Source of the DNA: Podarcis filfolensis | Lineage: Eukaryota | Length of the DNA: 64,000 nucleotides | Assembly (NCBI GenBank): GCA_964270895.1 | Contig: OZ185440.1 | Reading direction: 5' to 3' (one strand) | Shown: piece by piece, positions 50,259 through 61,696 of the stretch | How the letters are laid out: every line of letters begins with the position of its first letter | How positions within the stretch are numbered: position 1 is the first letter of the stretch | Translations under genes and position numbers: made by a program | Notes under the pieces: generated by a model | Seen by the model: the letters and a program-made list of their open reading frames with translations, nothing else | What the model was told of the DNA's origin: nothing | Database searches by the model: none

Positions 50259-50700
50259 TAAGTATATAACAAGAGCCTGCTGGGCTAGGCCAATGGCTCA
50301 TGCAGTCCAGCGTCCTGTTTTCACAGTGATCAACTAGATGCCTGTGAGAAACCCACACAAAACCCAAGCACAAGAGCCTTCTCCCCTCCTGAAGCTTCCA
50401 GCAACTAGTACAGTATTCAGAAGCATTACTGCAGGCATCCCCAAACTTGACCCTCCAGATGTTTCAGGACTACAACTCCCATCATCCCTAGGTAACAGGA
50501 CCAGTCATCAGGGATGTTGGGAATTGTAGTCCCAAAACATCTGGAGGGCCAAGTTTGGGGGTGCCTGCATTACTGCCTCCAACTATAGAGTATAGCCATT
50601 ATGGCTAGTAGCCATCAACAGCCTTATTATTTGTCTAATCCATTTTTGAGGCTGTCTGAGGCCATCATTGCTTCCTGAGTTCCATAGTTTAACAATGCAC
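50259..50700 (-). mobile_element. CR1 3' fragment interrupted by a MITE
   Basis: AAGAGCCTGCTGG..AGGCCAATGG.. and the consensus ATTCAGAAGCATTACTG|CCTCCAACT is split by an insertion. Confidence 0.8.
50432..50567. mobile_element. Fold-back hAT MITE nested in CR1
   Basis: TIR CAGGCATCCCCAAACTT/AAGTTTGGGGGTGCCTG. Perfect 8-bp TSD CATTACTG at 50424-50431 and 50568-50575. Confidence 0.92.
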
Positions 50701-52756
50701 CTTCAGGTTTCTCCAAAGGGAAGGTTGCTTTTGGTCACATGGTGAAACAAAGCATAGTTACCTTAGGAAACTGTTTCATACCATATTCATGATGAAACAA
50801 ATAGTTATCCATAGAAAATTATACCTCTACCTTTTGAGAAAGGTCCTCTATAAAGCTCCTTACAATCTCTGGTAAAAGTCAGCTCCACCTGGCAATCAAA
50901 TACACAAAATACAATACAGCTGAACAATATAAACCATCATAAAAAGTGAAGTACAAGAATGGACTATAAAACATAATGTGGGTCATAAAACAGTATAAAA
51001 AAACACAAACCAACAGGAATGAAAAAGGCAGAAATAAAATAGGCTGATTTGGGGAGGCTTGGGAGAAAAGTTTTCAACGCATGTCAAAACATTGCAACAT
51101 TGCGGTTTGTTTCACTTCTAAGGGAAGAGGGCAGCACCAGCTGAATGGACTGCACTGCTAACCTGGATTCCCAATGCCGAGCGTCGCTGCTGGTTACCAA
51201 GAGGGGAGAGGCAAAGAGCAGGAAGATCTGCAAGATGCCTGTACAGCCAATCTGATGCTCTTGACGCCCACTCACACTGAGTTCCCCACACCTTTGATAA
51301 CCAGCAGCAATGCTCAAAGTTGGGAAGACGGGCGAGCAACACTGCTCTGCCTGCACTCCACTCCTGGAAGTGATTTCCACAGACATAGGCTCCATTGGTG
51401 CTAATCTTGTCCCAGTTCAAATACTGAATCCACCATGCCAGGGAACTCGTACAATAGCCAGGAGTGCCAACTTGGCCCCACGACTGTGGGACTTCATGGG
51501 GAATTGTGTGGGTGCTCGGTCACCCAGGGCGCTGGCACCTGTGGCAATAGTTGTGTCCCTGGGGCAATATGCTAACGCTATTTTCCAATAGTCAAAATGG
51601 GGGAAATGATTTTCCTGTTGATCCTATCCCACAAATTATTTATCAATCAATTAATCCTTTCTTATGTGGCCGCAGGCCTGTTAAAAATATTTATTCTTCT
51701 AACCATTTCACCAATTGTTCTATATGCTGCTTCTCTGCTCTAAAAGAAACTTCCAAAATGTCATCATAAAACTGCAAAAACCCCACCTAGTTTTATGAGT
51801 GGGTATGCTTCTGAATTCCACCCCACATCATTCTAAAATCATCTCTAGAACCTGGTATTAGAGACAAGGAGGCACCAATGCAAGTTTGGAATCCACTGCA
51901 AAAATCCAGTAAACCTCTCAGAGAAGCATCTGTCTCATTCTTCCCAGCTGCCCTTCCATTGAGTTCCCATGCTCTTTCAATCTTTAGGACCTTCTTCAGT
52001 CCAGCTCCCTGCACAGCTCCTCTAAAGCAGTGTCAATGTGAAGTTTTAATCCCAGCCAAATGAACCCTATCCAGTTTTACTGAAGCTGGGCTATGGACGA
52101 ACATGTTGTCAAGTCACATTAGTTGAAACAGTTGGTGCCAGTGGTTTTCAATATAAATTCAGTGGCTTCCCCTCACAGAAACATGTGCATCTTCTACCTC
52201 CTTGCTCCCAAAACACTAGAAGAACGCTGCACCTGCTGGAGGTCTTGCCCACCAGTCTCTGAGCCAGTGGCGCAACAGAGATGGTTGCTGTGGCAAAAGA
52301 TTGCAGCTATTCTGAGTGCACCGACTCAGAATGCAGCACGATAGGAAAGGATTGAATGCAAGTGTTGTCGCGTTCAGGCTCCAGTTCTCAAAAGCCCATG
52401 TGAAAGAGGACACAGCAGAATCCCATGCAAGATTGCTCAGATCAAAGTCCCACCATGCTCAATGGAGCTTATTTCCTAATAAGTGTACATATTTAGGAGA
52501 GACATTGCACATTCTTTTGTAATTCAAGAAAATCTTTAATAAAAACTATTTTGCAATGTGGTGCCAAGGGATAATAATGACTCTGCTAGCTTTGCACCTG
52601 TGCAAGGCTCCAAAACACCCAGGGGTTTTGGAGTGGGAGGGAAGCAATAGAAGAGGGGAAGAACTGGGAAACAAATGAAAGGTGGTACAAACAAAGCATG
52701 ACAACTGGGTTCTGTGGACATCCTTTCTTATAACCATCCTCCTAGCTGGTTGCCTT

Positions 52757-53093
52757 AAGGTAAAGGGTAAAGGGACCCCTGAAGATTAGGTCCAATCGTG
52801 GCCGACTCTGGGGTTACGGCACTCATCTCGCTTTATTGGCCAAGGTAGCCGGCGTACAGCTTCCAGGTCATGTGGCCAGCATGACTAAGCCACTTCCGGC
52901 GAACCAGAGCAGCGCACGGAAACGCTGTTTACCTTCCCGCCAGAGCGGTACCTATTTATCTACTTGCACTTTGACGTGCTTTTGAACTGGCAGGAGCAGG
53001 GACCAAGCAACAGGAGCTCACCCTGTCGCGGGGATTTGAACTGCTGACCTTCTGATTGACAAGTCCTAGGCTCTGTGGTTTAACCCACAGCGC
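52757..53093 (-). mobile_element. Sauria SINE (Squam1)
   Basis: Same body as 3550-3912 and 54769-55112, missing the first few head bases. No clear TSD. Confidence 0.95.
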
Positions 53094-53104
53094 TTACTTG
53101 CTGG

Positions 53105-53492
53105 CAATTCTGGTTTCTCTGTTTCTTATTTTTCAAATGTTCAGTTCTTCACATAAGTTTAATATTTTATTTTAAGGGGAAAAAATCACCAGATTTTAGT
53201 GTGAATTTCCCCTAATATACACACGTTTGTATGCAAACTTGCCTGATATGCAGATTTCTGCAAAGCAAATTTCCCTAACTTAATGCATTATGTGTGTTAT
53301 CCTCATTAATGCATGCATTTCAGTGCAAATTTTATGCTAGTATATACATTTTAAACACATTGGCTAGGGAGCTTCAGTGCAAAATTTGTAGAGGTGTGGG
53401 TTTTGAATAATGGCTTTGTTTTGGTTCAGAAAGTGTGAATTAGGTGGCTTCACCTTGAAATATGAACTGAATCAAATTTCTCCTCCATCCCA
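53105..53492. mobile_element. AT-rich non-autonomous DNA transposon relic
   Basis: Homologous to 31835-32160 and ends AAATTTCTCCTCCATCCC. Confidence 0.4.
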
Positions 53493-54329
53493 AGCTTTAT
53501 TCATCAGTGTTCCTAAAATGAAGGCAATATATTGAAAGCCAAACAGTGGCTTCTCTTGTATTTAAATGTGAATTCTCTGCTAGGGACACATACACTGTTG
53601 AAGTATAAAGCTGTCCTAAACAGCATTTAATTATTATAGTGGTGCTGCAGAGCAGTAAAGCAAGGAACTTTGCAGAGTAGAATTTAATGTTTGCCTACTG
53701 TTTAGCAGAAGGCTGGCATGGGGGGGGTGAAAGGCTGTTTCCTAATTCATGGAGTCATATATAGCAATTATACAAGACAGCAAAGGCTCCTTTAGCAAAA
53801 TGACCAATTTTGGCCAAAGCCCCAGCCAGTGTCAAGCAATGTCACTCCATCATATGCAATGGAACCACTTTAGTTACAGAAACAGGAAAACTCAAGCATA
53901 AAAAACCCCAGCAGTTAGAGGGACCAGAATTTCAGAGAAAGTTTTCTATAGGATCTCAAATAGTGGTCTTCTTTTACTACATTTTTGAAATGAACCCCTA
54001 ATGTTCAACAGAGCCCCTCTGTATACATCAATTAGAAACAAGACCTATGTTCTCCTGGTGTGCCCAGGTGTAGCTGTTTGACAAACTACAGTCTGCCTTA
54101 CTTGGCAATTAACTCTTGTCACTTGGCTAGTTATAATGAGTTTGGAAAATATGCTGACGTGATTTGTGCATTGTAGGGAAATTCACATCAAAGTTAATAT
54201 TGTTGCATCTACTGTTGCTATTGTAACATGCAAATTGGAGAGGCGTCTCTATCTCTAGGTTTTGATGCAGTCTGCAGCAGCTGGATACAATGGCAGCAAC
54301 TACTGTCCGGTTTGCACGTTACCTTTTCT

Positions 54330-54400
54330 GCCATGGCTCAGTGGTAGAGCACATGTAGATAGTCCCAGGATCAGTTCCTAACATCTCAAGGCAGGACTGA
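54330..54400 (+). mobile_element. tRNA-SINE head fragment
   Basis: CATGGCTCAGTGGTAGAGCACATG..CCCAGGATCAGTTCCT..CATCTC is homologous to the head of 40194-40365. Confidence 0.5.
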
Positions 54401-54768
54401 TACTGAGAGAGATGCCTATGAAAAGCATAATTGCCTACAAACATGTATATTAGGATAAAGGGACACTAAAATGCTAGTGGGGGGGTGTTTTTAGGACTTT
54501 ATATGAAAAAATCTGGAAACTGATGTAGAAATGTGGCCAACTGAAGTGAAAGTTAGAAAAACAGGAAACCAAGAGAAACTGAACTTGAAATATTTATCTA
54601 TCCCTAGGTGCAGTGTGTGTGTGTTCGTTCCCTGTAACATATGCTGGAGGGTGTGGAACATTTTCAGAAGGATACAGCTGTCTGCATAAATAGGAATTCA
54701 GGTTTCCATCAGCAGCCTAGGGACTCAATACTTGGGTCAACTCCTGATATGTTTTGAGAAAGGGTAAA

Positions 54769-55112
54769 AAGGTAAAGGGACCTCTGACTGTTAGGTAGTC
54801 GTGGATGACTCTGGGGTTGCGGCGCTCATCTCACTTTACTGGCCGAGGGAGCCGGCATACAGGTCATGTGGCCAGCAGGACTAAGCCGCTTCTGGTGAAC
54901 CAGAGATGTGCACGGAAATGCCATTTACCATTTCTGCTGGAGCAGTACATATTTATCTACTTGCACTTTGACGTGCTTTCGAACTGCTAGGTTGGCAGGA
55001 GCAGGGACAGAGCAACGGGAGCTCACCCCGTCGCGGAGATTCAAACCGCCGACCTTCTGATCAGCAAGCCCAAGAGGCTCAGTGGTTTAGACCACAGCAC
55101 CACCCGCGTCCC
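54769..55112 (-). mobile_element. Sauria SINE (Squam1), full length
   Basis: Complete head and tail. 16-bp TSD TTTGAG(A/G)AAGGGTAAA at 54753-54768 and 55113-55128. Confidence 0.95.
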
Positions 55113-56131
55113 TTTGAGGAAGGGTAAATGGATTTAAAACAAGGCAGGACTCCTGCAGCTTTAATGCTTGTGTAGGAAGAGGGAATTTCAATAGGTGAAA
55201 GTCTCATTCACCACAGATATTAAACCTGCAGGCCCCCTGTTCTCTTTTCCACCTGGCCACCCTATTGTGGGGGGGGGGAGCAGAGCAGAGCCTTTCATGT
55301 GTACAAACTAGCCAACTAGGATGGTGGTGTCTTTAAACTCTGACACTTCCAGTTCTTTGTCTGCAAAAGAGAGATCAAAGTTTTATGCTATTCACTTGCC
55401 TTGTAAGTGCTGAGGACTAATCAGCACAATCAGCATGGTAAAGTGCTTTGGAGGCTAATGGAGCCTTGTAAGCATTTTGTATTAATATTTATTACTCTTG
55501 ATTAAGATGGGAACCAAATTGAGTTTCTCATCAATGACCCTTACAGCATACTCTGGGCAAATATTTTCCCTCCCTCCTCTCTCTGCAGCGGTCCAGGTTT
55601 TTGGGACTTGTCAGTGATACCACCTACATGAGAAATTCTCATTCGTAGGGGAACAATCAATTTCCAGGTCAGTAACCATATATGAAATTGGAACACTTTG
55701 TAATTTTCACTGAGTGAACTGTTTGTTCCAGTAGGAGAAAGCTGGGTTAGTCTGCTCCAGTGAGGGCAGGGAAGTGCATGTCTGCAGGGATCTTTTAAAC
55801 ACGTCCTCTGAAGAGAACAGCCAAAGGATCTTCACCTAGCCTGACATTTCAAGCTGGGCAAAGGGAGACAGTCAAAATGGGACTCGCTTGCTTCAGATAA
55901 GAGTCCTCTGCAGAGCCACACACAACTGCTAAGGAAGTGTTTTGATCATCATTAGCACTGCTGCATTTAAGAAGCTGACCAAAAAGGTTAAAGGATGCAT
56001 GGTTGCAAAAAGGAAGACAGAATTATTAGCCAAACCGGAAATTATTTGACTCTTCAACTATGGGATTCCAGACTGTCCCATGTAGCTAAATGGGGGTGGG
56101 GAACCAGTGGCCCTCCATGTGTTGCAGGAGT

Positions 56132-56606
56132 TGTTGTCGTTGTTTAGTCGTTTAGTCATGTCTGACTCTTCGTGACCCCATGGACCAGAGCACGCCAGGC
56201 ACTCCTTTCTTTCTCTGCCTCCCGCAGTTTGGTCAGACTCATGCTGGTAGCTTCGAGAACAGTATCCAACCATATGTTCCTCTGTCGTCCCCTTCTCCTT
56301 GTGCCCTCCATCTTTCCCAGCATCAGGGTCTTTTCCAGGGAGTCTTCTTTTCTCATGAGGTGGCCAAAGTATTGGAGCCTCAGCTTCAGGATCTGTCCTT
56401 CCAGTGAGCTCTCAGGGCTGATTTCCTTAAGAATGGATAGGTTTGATCTTCTTGCAGTCTATGGGACTCTCAAGAGTCTCCTCCAGCACCATAATTCAAA
56501 AGCATCAATTCTTCAGCGATCAGCCTTCTTTATGGTCCAGCTCTCACTTCCATACATCACTACTGGGAAAACCATAGCTTTAACTATACGGACCTTTGTT
56601 GGCAAG
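56132..56606 (-). mobile_element. BovB (RTE) LINE, 5'-truncated 3' end
   Basis: Encodes LPTKVRIVKAMVFPVVMYGSESWTIKKADR...LEKTLMLGKMEGTRRRGRQR...WRALVHGVTKS, with a (CAA)n tail. 11-bp TSD GTTGCAGGAGT at 56121-56131 and 56607-56617. Confidence 0.95.
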
Positions 56607-58125
56607 GTTGCAGGAGTAGTGAGAAGCAAACAGGGAGAGAACATTTCTCTCCCCCCCCCCCTACAATGCTGTATTATGACACTAGGTCTGGGATATTGTG
56701 GAAGATGCAAAATGGATGCCGGGCTGCCAAGATAGTTGCTGCTGTTGGCGTTTACAGCAGCAGCAAAACAAAAACCACAACTATAGGTAAAAAGAAAGAA
56801 GACGAGCTACCGAGCTACTGCTTCATGGTGAGCTCTGCCCTTGAGAATGTATTGGAGAACTTCTCCTTCCCCCAGAGAAATTTGGTGAAATGCAGATGCA
56901 TCCCATTTCTAGATAATGTCAAGAAGCCATTTCACAGCTCCAGACTTTTTCACTCCCCTCTATAGCCATGCCTGGTTACTGGGAAGCAAGAGTTGTGGTG
57001 CAAGGTGGAAAGAACTGGTTAAAGCTTGCAGTGGTCTGTGCTGGATGGCTGTCCTGGTTGCCCCAGGAGTTAAATTTAGACCAGTTGTACTCCAAATGCT
57101 GAGCCTGTGCAGCTTTTTCTAAATCCATATTTACATATACATTTAAATACTTAATCACAAGATATGTATTTAAATATGTATTATATATCCATGTATGCAT
57201 TTTAAATGCATTTTATCCTAAAATAGAGATCACTTCTTGAGCCAAGAACTGCACTGTAAAATTCCAAAAAGTGCGAAATCTGGATGGCAATGTCATAATT
57301 CATGAACTAGCCCAGGAGATTTAGTTCACTATAAAATACAGACCAAATGAAATTCTCTTCTATTCCTAGTTTCACCTTATCCAAAATGCTCCTGAGAAGT
57401 TCCCAGGGCCCTGCAATATCACCAGACACTTCTGAAGGGAGCTGTAGCTTTGTGGGGGAAAACAAATCATTGGCAAACAATAATGAAAAGGCATCAGATG
57501 CACGTCTGGCAGAGATCAGCACAGCGGGCAGTAGGATTGCTTCACGCTGGGCTCTTCCACTTCAGAAGCCCTTTGGCTAATCAATAGGGTTTGGTGCTAA
57601 GGAGAATTTTAATTATTCTAGGAGTGATGCATAGAAGTCTCCTTGCACTGGGGAACTGTTTTTCTGTAGATAATAGATAACATGTTCCCCTCCCCACCCT
57701 GCAAAAAAACGTGAGGATCAGGTCGAGTTGACTGCGACTCACAAAAAGCCTGTATTAAATGGAACAATTGCTTTTGTCCCAGTAACCACTATCCTCTGCA
57801 CAGCCCAGCTTCTGGATAGAAGTCATGGTACCTAGCCACAGCCTCCACATTTTATGGGAATCTAGTTCAATGCAGTTATGTGCCAAGACCAGTATTTGGT
57901 TTGGGGACTTGTTCAAGCATGGGCTTCAGCACCCCACATGTTCTCCAAAAATGGGCTCTCTTGACATTTGTGGGGAAATTGTGACCTTTCAGACAGGCCA
58001 TTGCTTTGGCTTTTGACTTGCCTTTCATTTTAGTTTTGGCGCTTCCACAGGTATGTAAGCATCAACAATTACTTTGTGGCATTTTTAAATATGTCCTATT
58101 GCCCAACTGTGCTGAGCTCCTAATA

Positions 58126-58359
58126 CAGTGGTACCTCGGGTTACATACACTTCAAGTTACATACGCTTCAGGTTACAAACGCTTCAGGTTACAAACTCCA
58201 CTCACCCAGAAATAGTACCTAGGGTTAAGAACTTTGCTTCAGGATGCGGCGGCGCAGTGGGAGGCCCCATTAGCTAAAGTGGTGCTTCAGGTTAAGAACA
58301 GTTTCAGGTTAAGAACAGACCTCCGGAACGAATTAAGTATTTAACCCAAGGTACCACTG
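58126..58359. mobile_element. Tigger/pogo-like MITE (same family as 37948-38162, opposite orientation)
   Basis: TIR CAGTGGTACCT(C/T)GGGTTA with TA duplications. Confidence 0.9.
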
Positions 58360-58829
58360 TACACAAATATTTGGGTGTTTACATGAGATTTGAGGGTCAA
58401 ATGTGACGAGTGGCTAAGAGATCCATAACTGGATCTCCCATGGGTACTGCTATTTGTTATTGTTTAAAGCAGCTGGGGGTGCGCGCAAATAAAGTCAGGG
58501 AAGAAGGCAACTCTGGTGGTTGGTATTTAAGCTTCTCCCCTGCACTTTTTTTCCTGATCTAATTCACACATTTTCCAAACCACCTATCTGCACCCTGTGG
58601 AAAACTTACTGGTTTTTGTATGATGCCTTTCTATTTTCTCCTGTGGAACACCAGTTTTTGGGGAGGGAGGCAATTTAGATTGGTAAAATTGTCTGGTGGA
58701 AAGGGTCAAATAAACACCCAGTTTTTCACCATCGCTGCCCTTTTCAATGTACATACTTGTTAAACTGATTTGAACTTGAAGAGAAGAGAAGAGAAAAGAA
58801 AAGAAGTCTGGAACCCCTGGCCTACCTGG

Positions 58830-59480
58830 CAGCAAGTCAGTATGTCAAGTCCAAAGTTCAAAGTCCAGGGGTCCATCTACACAATCAAAGTCCAAAATCT
58901 AAAGTCCAAAGATCAGGAAACACAGTTTCCTGGGCCAATCCAAGTAAGCAGTCCACCAGTCAGGATACAGCCCAAAGCATAGTCCCATAGAGGTCCAGGA
59001 GAAGCCAAGGCCCATCAACATGGGCAGTTGAGCAGATACAACACCTCAGCTCTGCTTCCCTTTTGTACTTTTCCTGCTGATTTCAGCATCTGGGCTTGAT
59101 GAGGCAAGTGACCCTCACCTGCTCCAAGCCTACTCCAGCTGAGGAATCACACCCCTCCTCCCAGAGTTAGCAAGCCCCACCTGGCCAGCTAGAGAACTGG
59201 GTTGTGGACTCTTGCCTGCCTCAGACTCCTAGAGCACTTCTCCCATTGCTCCCTATGCCTCAGAGTCTGTTGTGTTGATGGAGACAGGGGTCCCTCTGGC
59301 TCTGGTGATGAGTCCTGCTGCTCTGGTTCCTGTGTACTGGCCATCATCCCCTCGCCATCCTCCATCACCCAGTGAGTACTTACTTCCCCATTCACAGCTT
59401 GCCCCATTGTGTCCCAGTCTCAGCTACACCCCTTGCTGGGATCCTCCTCCTCCTCTCTGTCATCCTGCCAGTTCATAACA
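58830..59480 (-). mobile_element. Probable solo LTR (Gypsy-like)
   Basis: The minus strand begins TGTTATGAAC. There are repeated AGTCCAAAG/AAGTCC motifs at the other end. The second terminus and a TSD were not found. Confidence 0.4.
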
Positions 59481-60757
59481 GAAAGTGGGGAAACCCTGTC
59501 ACATATTTCCCAGTGTCTCTACTTTAGACCTGAGGGAGTTAAAAATGTGAGCTTTAATCCGCCTGCACCCAAGTTACTCATCTCTAAAATGGAGTTGGTT
59601 TTCCCTTTCCCATACTCTTTGATTTTTGATGACTGTAACTTCCATAGTATATATTTGACCAATACTCTAGATTGGTCTGCAAAGCAATTCATTCTATATG
59701 TGCAAGTAGCTTGTCCAGTGTCTTCCCCAGGCTCAAAGTTCCATAGAATTCCGGCTCTATGTACTCACACTTCTAGGCTAGTATTTGGTTAGGGAGGACT
59801 AAGCAAGCAAGGCATGAATTGCACAAACAGTGTAGTCATGAAGGCCAGGAAGCAATTCGTAATACAGCAAGGGCCGAATCTACCCCCAGATCAAATCATC
59901 TCCACTGTACTGTATTGACTTGGTCTGGGGAGCTATGCCAGTTTACAGCAAAGAAACCACCCTCTCTCCAAAGATGTATTAGTGCTCCTGCTTATCTTTC
60001 ATTTACAGCCTGAAGCTGCCATGCTTCTTTCCGTTTGCCAAAGGGGTGTTCTTTAAACAACATATAAAGGCTCTAAAAGCAAGAGGAGGAAGCAGACAAT
60101 TCTCCTGAAATTAAAATGGCCAGAATCTCAGGCTTGGCAGGTTCCCAGCCCAGCTCTGTATTTTCAATGCTTATTTGCAGAAATGCTGCCACAAGAAACT
60201 AGCAAAAGCTTCGTTCTATTCAGAGGCATCTGCTGATGGAGCTTTTTGGGAGAGCGGCAAGCCAAGGAAAGGGAGCAAGAGATAAACACTGTGTCATTTA
60301 AGATCAAAACTCTTCTTTAAAAAACACAAGATGGCCGTGCATTGCCTGCCTGAGGGCCCCACTTTGGAGAGAGTCTCAACCCAAAACCAGTGCATTAGCC
60401 TTGCTGTTTCCCACCTTAAGAAAACCTGTCAAACTCTGGCTAGAAAACATTGCAGGAATCCTTTAAGTTAGCAATGCCTAGGGAGGGGAATAAGGCAAAC
60501 TTCCTACAGATGAGGCATAGGCCTGAGGCAAAATATATGTTTGATCTCCTGGAAGGAGGGGGAATTAAGGACCTTCTTAAATAGTGTACTCTGCACCAAG
60601 CTAAAGGCAAATGGCTTTTCCCTAGGGGAGGGAAAGTGTGTTTGTGAGCCAGGAACTGCTCTAACTATTGCAGTCTTTATTAGGGAATGGTTTTAAGATA
60701 TCTCTCTTTCATACTTTCTCCAGAATTCTCAGTTTGCCTGCTCCGAAATGTTTTAGG

Positions 60758-60893
60758 CAGGAATGGGGGACCTGTGGCTCTTCATGTGTTGCTGGACTCC
60801 ACTTCCCATCAGCCCCAGCCAACTTGGCCCATGCTCAGGAATGATAGAAGTTGTAGCCAGACACATCCAGAGGCCCATAGATTACCATACCCT
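60758..60893. mobile_element. Degenerate fold-back hAT-like MITE
   Basis: CAGGAATGGGGGACCTGTGG..GTTGCTGGACTCC..CCCATCAGCCCCAGCC..GTTGTAGCC..GATTACCATACCCT. Confidence 0.65.
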
Positions 60894-61391
60894 TGTTTAG
60901 GGGATAACTAGAAAATAACAGGCGCAACAACAATGTAGTGTATTTCTTACATACAGCTTTTGGCAGCTCTAATAAAGTTTAAGGACCCATCACTGTAGCT
61001 GATTCCAATCTACTGCTAAGTGTAGTCTAGCTACACTGTATTTATAGCGACTTCAGAAGGTGTGTCTATTTTGGAAAATGTTGCCAAGCTTCATGATTCT
61101 TTGGCTTGGAATACGAACCTTGGTAAACTGTAATTAGGAAGAGGTGAGCTGCTGTCTGCTTGGCTCACAAACCATCTCAATCTTTTCTAAGTATTCCTAG
61201 TGAGTACAGTATTTAAAATTCAAGTGCTGGGTGGGGGAGTTGCAAGTCCCCACCAGGAAAGCTTGCAAACATTGAGATGCTGTATGTTTAGACACATCTC
61301 CTCCCTTTGCATGCAAAGCTATCCTGTTACATTGTGTTAGTGGGAGCGAGACCAGCTCACTGCCTTGCAGGTCTGTTCCATATGCTGAAAT

Positions 61392-61626
61392 GATGGTAGT
61401 GTGGTGTAGTGGTTAAGAGCGGTGGACTCGTAATCTGGGGAACCGGGTTCGCGTCTCCGCTCCTCCACATGCAGCTGCTGGGTGACCTTGGGCTAGTCAC
61501 ACTTCTCTGAAGTCTCTCTGCCTCAATCACCTCACAGAGTGTTTGTTGATGGGGAGGAAGGGAAAGGAGATTGTTAGCCGCTTTGAGACTCCTTAAAGGG
61601 AGTGAAAGGCGGGATATCAAATCCAA

Positions 61627-61660
<34 letters not shown>

Positions 61661-61696
61661 TTCTTCTTCTTCTTCTTCTTCTTCTTCTTCTTCTTC
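61392..61696 (+). mobile_element. Young Squam3-type CORE-SINE with (ACT)11(CTT)12 tail
   Basis: A-box TGGTGTAGTGG, B-box-like GGTTCGCGTC, CORE GGGTGACCTTGGGCTAGTCAC and an L2-type 3' end. CpGs retained. Confidence 0.9.

Noticed and set aside
51132-51153. Expanded-spacer RE1 (CAGCACC-N8-GGACTG)
   Set aside because: Both half-sites are imperfect.
56172-56735. 187-aa plus-strand ORF
   Set aside because: It is the antisense frame of the BovB fragment.
59540-59760. Possible L1 ORF2 relic on the minus strand (…GKGKTNSILEMSNLGAGGLKL)
   Set aside because: The similarity is too faint to support without a profile search.
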